Source: a virus
Virus record (IMG/VR): IMGVR_UViG_3300007987_000009
Reading direction: 5' to 3' (one strand)
Length of the DNA stretch: 64,000 nucleotides
Shown here: one piece after another, positions 17,555 through 26,606 of the stretch
Layout: the number at the start of each line of letters is the position of its first letter
Position numbering within the stretch: the first letter of the stretch is position 1
The notes under the pieces: model-generated
Databases searched by the model: none
The model's input: the letters and a program-made list of their open reading frames with translations, nothing else
What the model was told of the DNA's origin: nothing
Program-made: the position numbers and the translations under genes

Positions 17555-17579
17555 GGAAGGGGTCTTCTTTGCCTTTTTG
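17555..17579 (-). mobile_element. Isolated left end of the same IS200/IS605 element, truncating a small ORF that starts at 17487
   Basis: Reverse complement TTAT|CAAAAAGGCAAAGAAGACCCCTTCC matches the copy 2 left end. Confidence 0.7.
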
Positions 17580-17610
17580 ATAAATAAATCGAATCAGAAC
17601 CAAAAATTAC

Positions 17611-17943
17611 ATGAAAATTAATGAAGTATTATCGGAAATGACTGAACAACAGATATATGACGCTAAGAACCTCCCAGACGAACTAGAAATCGGGGAGGTT
17701 TTTGGAAATAAAGCAACTGTTATGGGAAGCACCGTGTATGCTGACAAATTCAAGGTAGAAAAAAAGATTTTTGATAAAGCTCTTAACACGTATTTCTATG
17801 TGGCTTTTAGCTTGGACCGAACAGTACCCCATTACGACCCGGACGAAGCTTGGGAGTATGACTATTTTAAATTCAGCATACAAAATGGAAGAATAAAACC
17901 GGCCCCCGGTTTCGGGGGAGTGATAACAAATTACAACTTTTAA
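17611..17943 (+). CDS. Putative internal head protein
   Basis: MKINEVLSE N-terminus; ATAAATA upstream. Confidence 0.55.
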   Translation: MKINEVLSEMTEQQIYDAKNLPDELEIGEVFGNKATVMGSTVYADKFKVEKKIFDKALNTYFYVAFSLDRTVPHYDPDEAWEYDYFKFSIQNGRIKPAPGFGGVITNYNF

Positions 17944-18064
17944 AGCTTGACAACTTTTATCCAATGTTATAAACTGAGGGTGTGGATGTGGTTATAAAGT
18001 AAACCCAGTGGGGCTCGAATCCTCCAACATCCAAATTTTTAATTTATAAACGAAGGAGTTAAAT

Positions 18065-18679
18065 ATGTACAACCCATTTTCATTCAAAAAGAATGATGCA
18101 GTAGAAATATTGGTAATCGCAGATCGATCTGGCTCTATGCAATCCATTGAAAAAGATGCAGTCGGAGGGTTCAACGCGTTTTTAAAAGAACAAAAAAGTA
18201 TAGAGGGGGAGGCAAGACTCTCTTTGGTTCTTTTTGACGATCAATATGAAATGAAACTAGATTCTGTTCCCCTTGCAGAGGTCACGGAGATAGAATCTTT
18301 GGGGCCAAGAGGAATGACTGCGATGAACGATGCTATTGGTCGTGCTATGAATAGTCTGTTTGAAAAAGACCCAGAAAAGGCTATTATTTGTATTTTGACC
18401 GACGGTCAGGAAAACGCGAGTCGAGAATACAACAATTCGCAGATTAAAGAAATGATTCAGAAAGCGGAAAAAGAAAAAGGATGGCAGGTTATCTATCTCG
18501 CCGCAAACCAAGATGGATTTAGTGAAGGCGCAAGTAGGGGAATATCAAAATCTAACATTTTTAACTATAACGCTGATGCTAACGGGATCAACGACGCGTA
18601 CAAGGACTTGAGTTTTTCTGTTCGCTCTTATAGACAAAATACTTCCAACACTTACACGGACAAAAACACCGTGGAATGA
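18065..18679 (+). CDS. VWA-domain protein
   Basis: DRSGSM MIDAS, TAMNDAIG, ILTDGQENAS. Confidence 0.9.
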   Translation: MYNPFSFKKNDAVEILVIADRSGSMQSIEKDAVGGFNAFLKEQKSIEGEARLSLVLFDDQYEMKLDSVPLAEVTEIESLGPRGMTAMNDAIGRAMNSLFEKDPEKAIICILTDGQENASREYNNSQIKEMIQKAEKEKGWQVIYLAANQDGFSEGASRGISKSNIFNYNADANGINDAYKDLSFSVRSYRQNTSNTYTDKNTVE

Positions 18680-18683
18680 AAAC

Positions 18684-18968
18684 ATGAATCTTGAAAATTA
18701 CGTAAAAGATTTGGAAGGGTTTATCAAGAACCGGTTGGCGTATTTCGTATCAGAATATGCCGTCGAAGGAGATTCCGAAGATTTATCGGGTGTTACTTTA
18801 AAAGATTTTATGGACAGAGAAATAGACAAAGTGACTATTCAAATAGATAGTGCGTATATTTCACGAGATCACGTGACTGGACAGAGAATTTTTAGGGTTA
18901 ATGCAAAAATGGGAAATGACACTTTCTGCTCGGAATTGAGAGTAAACGATTATATCTTCAAAAAGTAA
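18684..18968 (+). CDS. Hypothetical protein
   Basis: Operonic ORF. Confidence 0.55.
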   Translation: MNLENYVKDLEGFIKNRLAYFVSEYAVEGDSEDLSGVTLKDFMDREIDKVTIQIDSAYISRDHVTGQRIFRVNAKMGNDTFCSELRVNDYIFKK

Positions 18969-19058
18969 AAAAGTCGAAAAAAGTGTTGACAAATGTCCCA
19001 CATGGTAGTAATATGTATCACATGATCTGTTTTGAAAGATTCAGATCAAAAGTTTAAA

Positions 19059-19904
19059 GCATGGATGCTTGCTTTGGGCAACCAGAGTAAAGGGTGAAAG
19101 AACTACAATTCATCCGTCCCGCAAGGGTCAAGCCATGCAAGCGCCGGTTAGGAAGTACGAGATAAAACTCTAAGGCTTCCCCGTATGATAAGTGCGGTGT
19201 GTGCGAAATCGAGAGTAAGAGTCCGAAAGGATAGTCTCAGAGCCATTCGGTGAGAGACAAGGCAGTTGGCGCTGCTCACTTTTACATGCCAACTCGATGA
19301 GCATTTAATACTAAGGCGTAGGTATAGGGTTCGATTGTTCGCGCAAGAGATGCTCTGTACCATCTTGATCGGATGAAGTGTAACAACTTCAGTCGTGAAA
19401 AGACGTTGAGTAGCTCGCAAGGCGAAAGACAGTGTGGAGTGTTGTATTCTGATGGACAAAATCTGTTGGAGCAACTGGGGCAGCACTTCATGGTAGGTAA
19501 TACGATACGGCCAAATTGGTAAAGGCATCTGTTTCCTAGACAGACGATTGAAGGTTCAATTCCTTTTATTGTTGAAAAAGCGAAAGTCTGCCTCAGTGTG
19601 CTGTTAAAGGCGATTAATACCAGACCGAAAAGAATCTGGTGCAACAATACCCGCAAGGTTGCGTTGTTTGATCGGACAGAAGACGTAAGAGTTTAGCGAC
19701 TCCGAATGGCTCGCAAGGTCAGCGGAAGATGGAAGGTCGAGTAGCAGTACATGATGAGTGAACCGCCACACTCTAAAAAAGGCATCGTTGGAAGATACTA
19801 GGAGAGCGTTCGACGCGCCTAGTGGATAACGGGAGAACCCACCGAAAGCAAAGGTAGGGATAATGCCCAAAGGCTTCCAAGACATTGCCGTAGTCTCAAG
19901 CGTG
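19059..19904 (+). ncRNA. Large ornate ncRNA, GOLLD-like
   Basis: ~850 nt, GC-richer than flanks, many GCAA/GAAA tetraloop hairpins, perfect 11-bp long-range pair 19240-50 with 19702-12; promoter TTGACA-17-TAATAT at 18986. Confidence 0.75.
19501..19574 (+). tRNA. Degenerate tRNA-like module (CCT anticodon) embedded in the large RNA
   Basis: D arm GCC/GGC, TCTGT-TT-CCT-AG-ACAGA, GAAGG-TTCAATT-CCTTT, no CCA. Confidence 0.65.
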
Positions 19905-19954
19905 TCATTTTATTTCTCAGACCATTTACGAGTGGTTTAAGAAATGAAAAAAAT

Positions 19955-20275
19955 GGAGGCCATTTTGTTCGCATCCTTCTACTATTTTTGGATAATATAA
20001 TCAGCGACATAGCTTTCCTCCTATAAATTTTAAAAATCATTGAAGGCTATATATGTGCATCCTTCTACTATTAGAATTACATCTAACTCAAAATGTGCGC
20101 AGATTCTTTCTTTCAATGATATCTATGATTATGACAGGCCATTGATATGTGCATCCTTCTACATATAGGTAATTTGTGGGTCGCAGGTTCGAGTCCTGCC
20201 CTCCCGTCCATTTATCGGGAGGTAGCTCAGTTGGTAGAGCAACAAACAAAAAATAGCGTTATCTTCTTTCCTGTC
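19955..20275 (+). ncRNA. Array of three paralogous structured RNAs; the third has a permuted tRNA domain (Y-RNA/YrlA-like)
   Basis: GCATCCTTCTAC at 19971, 20057 and 20151 inside differently sequenced closing stems. Confidence 0.75.
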
Positions 20276-20351
20276 CCCTCTTTACAACATCCCCCCAAGT
20301 CTATATACTGTTCCCACAAATAAAGAAGTACATATTCGCGAGGTTAGTAGA

Positions 20352-20654
20352 ATGATAGATTTAATAAGAGAAGCGAAAAATAGATTGATGCAAACCGACA
20401 TTTTATTCTCCAACAACACCGAACAACTTAGGAGCAAAGTAGAAAAAGAACTTTCTATTACGGTAGAAATGTGCTATGGAGCCCCCTTGTATTCAGTTAA
20501 ATGCGACAGTGAAAACAATACAGAAGAATCTATTGGAAAAAATAAACTGGTAGTACATTTCACTGGAAACACTGTAGAGACCCCAAGTTTTTCACTGACA
20601 CTTGAACCCGATACGGAAGCAGGTGGTCCAAAGTTTAATCTAGAAAGACTTTGA
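20352..20654 (+). CDS. Hypothetical protein
   Basis: GAGG RBS and ATG. Confidence 0.55.
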   Translation: MIDLIREAKNRLMQTDILFSNNTEQLRSKVEKELSITVEMCYGAPLYSVKCDSENNTEESIGKNKLVVHFTGNTVETPSFSLTLEPDTEAGGPKFNLERL

Positions 20655-20692
20655 AAATAAGTTCGCCAAACCCGGTATAGATTCACAACAAT

Positions 20693-20804
20693 GCAGTCGT
20701 TCTCGTTCTAGAGTGAGAACATATGGGTAAATGGGCGGGAGAGCATGCATCAAATATTCACTCTTAGCCGTTGAATGGAAGTTCGATTCTTTCAGACTGC
20801 GCTA
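20693..20804 (+). ncRNA. tRNA-like RNA (acceptor and T arm, atypical body)
   Basis: GCAGTC/GACTGC; GGAAG-TTCGATT-CTTTC; followed by a terminator. Confidence 0.5.
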
Positions 20805-20809
20805 ATTCA

Positions 20810-20836
20810 AAGGGCTGACTTCGGTCAGCCCTTTTT
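20810..20836 (+). terminator. Intrinsic terminator, UUCG loop
   Basis: AAGGGCTGAC-TTCG-GTCAGCCCTT-TTT. Confidence 0.9.
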
Positions 20837-20908
20837 ATTTGTCCGTTGACATCACATCTAAAAGCAAGTACAATTTATGAATTCTACAATAAGAAGAGAG
20901 TTCGAAAC

Positions 20909-21520
20909 ATGAAATCTTATCCAAGTATACCACATAAAATCGACTGGAAACTTAAGTATATTGCGTTTGACAAACTAGACGGATCAAATATAAGGGCCGA
21001 ATGGTCCAAGAAGAGGGGTTTTTACAAGTTTGGTTCTAGGACACAACTGTTGAATGAACAACAAACTTCCCTATATCCATCAATAGATATAATTAAGGGC
21101 AAATACGAAGATGGTGTTGCTACAATGTTCAAGAACATGGGCTATGATCGAGGTATATGTTTCTTTGAATATTTTGGTCCTAATTCTTTTGCCGGATCAC
21201 ATTCTGATCCGGTACAAGATATGGACGCCGTTCTGATTGATGTCAATCCATACAAAAAGGGAATAATTCCCGCAAATGAGTTCCTAGAGGTTACACGAGG
21301 TATGGAAGTACCTGATGTTCTGTATACAGGTGTTCTCGATGAAGAATTTGTGGATTCGGTCAAGGACAGCACTCTTCCGGGGATGACGTTAGAGGGTGTT
21401 GTGATCAAAGCAGTAGATAAGAAACATAATTCCATGGCGAAGATTAAGTCTAGGAAATGGCTTGACATGCTCAAAGAATACTGCAATAATGATCCTAAAC
21501 TATTCAACAGGTTAAAATAA
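20909..21520 (+). CDS. RNA ligase-like nucleotidyltransferase
   Basis: DKLDGSN, FEYFG, EGVVIK, AKIKS. Confidence 0.75.
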   Translation: MKSYPSIPHKIDWKLKYIAFDKLDGSNIRAEWSKKRGFYKFGSRTQLLNEQQTSLYPSIDIIKGKYEDGVATMFKNMGYDRGICFFEYFGPNSFAGSHSDPVQDMDAVLIDVNPYKKGIIPANEFLEVTRGMEVPDVLYTGVLDEEFVDSVKDSTLPGMTLEGVVIKAVDKKHNSMAKIKSRKWLDMLKEYCNNDPKLFNRLK

Positions 21521-22113
21521 TGATAGAACTCGAATTACTGGAACACCCAACATACCCCGAGAACCGAGTTCGCTTTACTGCTCGGGTAGATATGGTTAAA
21601 ATGATGGTGTGGCTGGCACACCGTGGAGAAAAATATGAACGGGTCCGGGGGACTACTAAAGATGGGAAGTCTTTCATATTTGAAGGATTCTTTTTACTTC
21701 CTTCCGATATTAAAAATACCGACGCAACTGAGCCGGATTTAGAGGAAATAATTTGTCAGGGGTGCTTTGATCATTGTGTAGTACAAAAAGAAGAAGAAAT
21801 GAATGCCGGCCAAAAAATGGAGCAGATGTTCCGAAAAGATTCACAATTACTACGAGGGATAGAACTCTGTGAAATAGAGTATGATGAAAAGACTGATACA
21901 TACTCCATGGTTTTGTTGTCTGAAAGTATGAAATACATCATATGCGGCAGAGACAAAACGCCAAATTGCAATAACTACATGGGTTGTATTGCAACTGAAA
22001 GATACGGGATCGCGGGAAATGATCTAAGTGACGGAGACTTTTCTGCAAACACATGGAGCCAAATCGTACTTGATATTCAATATTACGAGGCTTTGTCTAA
22101 ATCGGATTTATAA
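21520..22113 (+). CDS. Hypothetical protein
   Basis: Coupled ORF. Confidence 0.55.
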   Translation: MIELELLEHPTYPENRVRFTARVDMVKMMVWLAHRGEKYERVRGTTKDGKSFIFEGFFLLPSDIKNTDATEPDLEEIICQGCFDHCVVQKEEEMNAGQKMEQMFRKDSQLLRGIELCEIEYDEKTDTYSMVLLSESMKYIICGRDKTPNCNNYMGCIATERYGIAGNDLSDGDFSANTWSQIVLDIQYYEALSKSDL

Positions 22114-22115
22114 TT

Positions 22116-22439
22116 ATGAAAAGAAAGCAATTGGTAAGAATGAAGTTCAGGGACGCAGTTTTAAAGCGGGACAATTATACGTGTGTGAGTTGTGGTCGAA
22201 AAATGGACGAAAAGCTATTGGACGCCCATCACATAACCGACCGAAACGAAATGCCCAACGGTGGTTATGTAAAAGAAAACGGCATTACTCTATGTAAAGA
22301 AAAGTGTCACTTGGAGGCCGAACAGTTTCATATCAGCGGCGGGAAAAATTGGACAGATGGCTTGCATCCCGACGAATTGTATGCTAAGATAGGCTCTTCA
22401 AAGGAAGAAGCAATATCTGCTTCAAGGAGATTAAAATGA
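22116..22439 (+). CDS. Small HNH endonuclease
   Basis: RDNYTCVSCG..LDAHHI..NGITLC..CH. Confidence 0.85.
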   Translation: MKRKQLVRMKFRDAVLKRDNYTCVSCGRKMDEKLLDAHHITDRNEMPNGGYVKENGITLCKEKCHLEAEQFHISGGKNWTDGLHPDELYAKIGSSKEEAISASRRLK

Positions 22440-23089
22440 ACCATTACAAGTACCCTAGAACGCCACACCTTCCATGGAGTGAAGGAGTTACCGACGATGA
22501 TAAAAAGCTTTCTTCTGTTGATCATTTCGAAGGTAAAAGAGTTTACGCCACCGAGAAACTCGACGGAGAAAATACGACACTTTATCGAGATTATGTTCAT
22601 GCTAGGAGTATAGATTCTCCCACAAATTTTACTCGATCTTGGGTGCAAAATTTCCATCGTCAAATTGCGCACAATATTCCAGAAGGATGGAGAATTGTGG
22701 GTGAGAATGTATGGGCAGAACACTCAATCCGATACGAGAATTTGAAATCATACTTCTATCCATTTGCGGTCTATAACGACGAAAATTTCTGTCTTTCTAA
22801 GGGCGATATGGAAATTTTCTTGAGAACGGAAGCTTTTAAGGATTTGCCAAATCGTTGGAAAATACCAACGAGCCCACCGGTGATATACAGAGATGTTTTC
22901 GATAGATATGCCATAGAGGCCATTGAAATCGACCGAGAAAAACAGGAGGGGTATGTTATTAGAACCGAAGACGGTTTTCATTATGATGATTTCGCACTCC
23001 ATGTTGCTAAATATGTTCGAGAAGGTCATGTCCAGACTGACATACATTGGCTGAAGAACGCCAAGAAAAATGGGGAAATAAAAGGATGA
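22436..23089 (+). CDS. RNA ligase family protein
   Basis: KYPRTPHLPWS, TEKLDGENTT, EGYVIR, AKYVR. Confidence 0.85.
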   Translation: MNHYKYPRTPHLPWSEGVTDDDKKLSSVDHFEGKRVYATEKLDGENTTLYRDYVHARSIDSPTNFTRSWVQNFHRQIAHNIPEGWRIVGENVWAEHSIRYENLKSYFYPFAVYNDENFCLSKGDMEIFLRTEAFKDLPNRWKIPTSPPVIYRDVFDRYAIEAIEIDREKQEGYVIRTEDGFHYDDFALHVAKYVREGHVQTDIHWLKNAKKNGEIKG

Positions 23090-23185
23090 TGTGTCATATG
23101 ACACATCATCCAAATTTAGAAAAATAATTTCTAAATATATGAATGATCATAACCAATAATACTTCTTCCAGATGGAATTTTTCAG

Positions 23186-23824
23186 ATGAGCGGTGAATGC
23201 ATCTTTAGTAAAATCTACAAAAACAACGCATGGAAAGGGGAAGAATCTCGAAGCGGTCCCAGTTCCGGCATGGAAAGAACTAGAGTACTTCGAGAAACTT
23301 TGCCAAACATAATAAAAAAATACAAAATATCCACTTTTCTAGACATCCCCTGTGGAGATTTTTATTGGATGAAAAGTGTTCCGATTGACGTAGATTATGT
23401 CGGTGGGGACATAGTGTCGGAAGTCATAGAAAAAAACAATCTGGATTTTTCCACAAATCGAAAAAAATTTATTCACACAAATCTAGTGGAAGATTCTCTA
23501 CCAAAAGGGGATTTGCTGTTCTGTCGAGATTGTTTATTTCATCTGTCTTATGGGGACATAGCAAAAGTTTTTCAAAACATATTACATTCCGAAGTAAAAT
23601 ATATAATGTTAACTAGTCACATAACAGACCAAAATTTCCAAAATAAAGATATAAAAACGGGGCAATGGAGATGGTTCGATTTAACTAAAACGCCCTTTTG
23701 TATTCCAGAAAGCTTGTGTTTAGAAAAAGTGATGGATGGTGGCGGTGACCGCTACATGTTGATGTGGAGGGTAGACGAGATAACAGAATTTCTAAAAAAT
23801 AGTATAGAATTACTCAGAGATTAA
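23186..23824 (+). CDS. Class I SAM-dependent methyltransferase
   Basis: SGPSS, LDIPCGDFYWM, YVGGDIV, DLLFCRDCLFHL. Confidence 0.85.
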   Translation: MSGECIFSKIYKNNAWKGEESRSGPSSGMERTRVLRETLPNIIKKYKISTFLDIPCGDFYWMKSVPIDVDYVGGDIVSEVIEKNNLDFSTNRKKFIHTNLVEDSLPKGDLLFCRDCLFHLSYGDIAKVFQNILHSEVKYIMLTSHITDQNFQNKDIKTGQWRWFDLTKTPFCIPESLCLEKVMDGGGDRYMLMWRVDEITEFLKNSIELLRD

Positions 23825-24590
23825 AATATTTGATCGAATAGTTGTCTATTTGTCGCACAATGTTTTGGTATTTTGGATCTAACAACACCAACAGGTCTTT
23901 CCACTCTTGAGACCCCGTGAGTTCTTTCCAACGCTTTATTCGATATTCGTTAATACCCCAAGATATTTTTTTGCTGTCTATGGTTCTATTTGGACTGCAA
24001 TGGATTCCATGAACCGGCCTAAACTTCCCTATGTCTAAATCTTTTCTGGGTTCTTTCCCTGTTTTTTGTGTGACCAAAAGATACAGGGCCATTTCGTCAT
24101 TGATTTTATCGAGAGTTGCATCTCTTTGCATCGGGAGAGGATAGTATGAGTCCCATTTTGTAAAGTGCAGTCCAGTCAACTTTGTTGTGTTGGGCCGAAC
24201 GATATTTGAAAAATCTTGTCCGGTTTCCGACATTAGTTTGAGATGTATATCAGTAATGTTTTTGTCAGTAAAAAATATGTCTATATCTGATATGTAAACA
24301 AACTTCGCTTTGGTTACAGGTTCGTGTATGAACCTGACAGTATTTGGTATTGCATCGCCGAAATCTACTTCAGTGAGTTTGAAATTTTCACTAATATTTT
24401 GTTGGATGAAATTTAATGATTTTTTATAATCTTTAGTAAATTGGGTTTTATCATTTAGAAATATTTCAACAAAAGAATCTTCTTGGGTTTTAAAAATGCT
24501 GAACAAAAAAGGAACTACAAAATGATAATATGGCTCGTTTGCGCAAGTCAAAAATAGCGTTCTGGGGTTAGAATCCATGGGGGTCATCAT
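23814..24590 (-). CDS. Putative GT-A glycosyltransferase
   Basis: NTVRF, YISDIDIFF (DxD), DEMALY, HGIH. Confidence 0.55.
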   Translation of the reverse strand: MMTPMDSNPRTLFLTCANEPYYHFVVPFLFSIFKTQEDSFVEIFLNDKTQFTKDYKKSLNFIQQNISENFKLTEVDFGDAIPNTVRFIHEPVTKAKFVYISDIDIFFTDKNITDIHLKLMSETGQDFSNIVRPNTTKLTGLHFTKWDSYYPLPMQRDATLDKINDEMALYLLVTQKTGKEPRKDLDIGKFRPVHGIHCSPNRTIDSKKISWGINEYRIKRWKELTGSQEWKDLLVLLDPKYQNIVRQIDNYSIKYFNL

Positions 24591-24642
24591 ATCTACTATT
24601 GTATATATATCTTTGTATGCTGAGCACTATCGGATAACAGGT

Positions 24643-25206
24643 ATGAGCGAATGTAAAGAATGTAATTCAATTTTAGACAAAGTGATGGACGAATTGGGTG
24701 ATACCCAAATGCAGAGAGAAGAATATGCATACGTAGCAAGTTTTCTTAAAGAATCGAATTTTTTGGTTTTCGGAACAGGACATGATTCTAAGTATTGGAA
24801 ATGCGTCAATAGTAGAGGAAATACCGTTTTCTTAGAAGATGTTGATGAATGGATAGAGTTCTACGGCGATGGTGTTTTAAAAGTTACATACAATACAGTA
24901 ATGTCAGAATACGAAAAACTTATGAAATTGTATTTGAAGGGAAATACTTCTAAATTGGAAATGAGGTTACCTAAAGAAATACGGGATACTAAATGGGATG
25001 TAATTTTTGTGGATGGTCCTGTTGGTAACTGTTACGAGACCGCTCCGGGGAGAATGCAAAGTATTTTCACAGCATACCAACTGGCAAATTCTAAAACTCA
25101 TGTGTTTGTACACGACTGTGATCGCCCCGTCGAGGATTTGTACACCTCAAAAATATTCAAAAATAAAGTAAAAGATTTAGTCAAATTGAGGCATCTTAGA
25201 AAATGA
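24643..25206 (+). CDS. DUF579/IRX15-like polysaccharide O-methyltransferase
   Basis: NFLVFGTGHDS..W, TVFLED, WDVIFVDGP, PGRMQSIFTA, VFVHDCDRPVE. Confidence 0.8.
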   Translation: MSECKECNSILDKVMDELGDTQMQREEYAYVASFLKESNFLVFGTGHDSKYWKCVNSRGNTVFLEDVDEWIEFYGDGVLKVTYNTVMSEYEKLMKLYLKGNTSKLEMRLPKEIRDTKWDVIFVDGPVGNCYETAPGRMQSIFTAYQLANSKTHVFVHDCDRPVEDLYTSKIFKNKVKDLVKLRHLRK

Positions 25207-26606
25207 ACAAGCGGTGTGTCTTTACCGTAATAACAGGGGGATACGACATAATACAAGAGCCCTCAATACTTACAAACGGATATGACTATATCTGTATAAC
25301 CGATAACCCCAACATCATTTCTAAAAATTGGAAAATTCATCCAATATCCGACGAACATATGAAAATAATTTGTCCTAAAAGAAGGGCAAACGCAGTAGCC
25401 ATGAATTATCATGATTATTTGTCTGAGAACTATGAAATTTGCATTTATGTTGATGGGAATGTTAAGATCAAAAAAAATATGGAAGATTTCTTATCTGAAT
25501 TCGGATTTGATGTTGAAACATACGATTTAATGTTACCAAACCACCCCGACCGTGCGTGTATATATCAAGAGGGTAGTGCTGTCATACGCCTGAAAAAAGA
25601 TGACCCCACGGTTGTGGACCAACAAATGAGATCAATACGAAGGGAAGGTTATCCAGCCAACAACGGCCTCTATGAGACCCACCTAATGGTATTCAATAGA
25701 AATAGTAAAGCCTTGCGGGAATTCTTAGGTAAGTTATTTAGTACATATATGTCGATGCCAAGTAAACGAGACCAATTGGTATTCAATTATGTACTCTGGA
25801 AAAACAATACTGGTATAAGAGTTCTATCACACAAATCTCCCCACGGCAGTAGAGGGAAAGACCGCAGACCATACAACAATTATGTAGAAGTTATGGCCCA
25901 TACACCAAACCATTCGAAAGAGAATGGAGATTTTATTATATTTGAAAACACCCCTTTTAGAATCGATAAGAATCTTATAAAAGCCTACAATGAGTTTATA
26001 GAGATGATGCCCGAAAACGGTTGGGCTCTCTTCAGGGATGCTGACACTTTGTTTTTGGACCCGTTCTACGGTGAAGTTTTTGAAAGAGCTATAAGAAACA
26101 ACCCAGACGCCGGGTGTTTTACGTGTCTGACAAACAGAATAGGCAATGAAATTCAACTACACGGAGAATATTCTGGTGATGACATAAAAATACATAGAGA
26201 CATAGCACAAAAAATAAAAGAAGAGAATTACAATCAATATAGTGTTTTTCCTTTCAACCCTCTTAAAAAAGAAGCTCTTAGTGGGATGGTCATACTCCTC
26301 AGTAAAAAATCTTGGAAATCTATAGGAGGTTTTAAAAAATCCACGATTCCAGTTAGAGCGAAAAATGTTAATTTAAACATTCTTGGTGTAGACAATCAAT
26401 TGCACAAAGATTTGAATCAAAAACGGATACCATTAAAAATAATAAAAGAAATGTACGTATATCACTGGTATCGGGGGGGAGAAGAAGATAAAACACACTT
26501 GGAGACAAACTCAAAATACACACACAAGTCCGAGAATAAAACCCCAATCCAACCGACTGTTCGCATTAATGCCAGAGATTTTTTAAATAAACGGGGACAT
26601 AGATGA
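25203..26606 (+). CDS. Two-domain glycosyltransferase (DUF616-like plus GT-A)
   Basis: TVITGGYD, YVDGN, HPDRACIYQE, RDQL; second domain RDADTLF. Confidence 0.8.
   Translation: MNKRCVFTVITGGYDIIQEPSILTNGYDYICITDNPNIISKNWKIHPISDEHMKIICPKRRANAVAMNYHDYLSENYEICIYVDGNVKIKKNMEDFLSEFGFDVETYDLMLPNHPDRACIYQEGSAVIRLKKDDPTVVDQQMRSIRREGYPANNGLYETHLMVFNRNSKALREFLGKLFSTYMSMPSKRDQLVFNYVLWKNNTGIRVLSHKSPHGSRGKDRRPYNNYVEVMAHTPNHSKENGDFIIFENTPFRIDKNLIKAYNEFIEMMPENGWALFRDADTLFLDPFYGEVFERAIRNNPDAGCFTCLTNRIGNEIQLHGEYSGDDIKIHRDIAQKIKEENYNQYSVFPFNPLKKEALSGMVILLSKKSWKSIGGFKKSTIPVRAKNVNLNILGVDNQLHKDLNQKRIPLKIIKEMYVYHWYRGGEEDKTHLETNSKYTHKSENKTPIQPTVRINARDFLNKRGHR

Noticed and set aside
17983-18033. Additional tRNA
   Set aside because: Only an imperfect acceptor and T-like hairpin remain; no D or anticodon arm.
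19533-19539. Amber suppressor (CTA) in the embedded tRNA loop
   Set aside because: In the 7-nt loop TTCCTAG the anticodon register is CCT; CTA is off by one.
19148-20040. Minus-strand ORFs over the large RNA, and ORFs overlapping tRNAs (e.g. 7790, 8425, 9645, 10848, 17156)
   Set aside because: Shadow ORFs of structured RNA genes with no RBS or protein motifs.
19955-20275. CRISPR mini-array reading of the three repeats
   Set aside because: Identical core is only 12 nt, spacing is irregular, flanks base-pair around each unit, and no cas genes are present.
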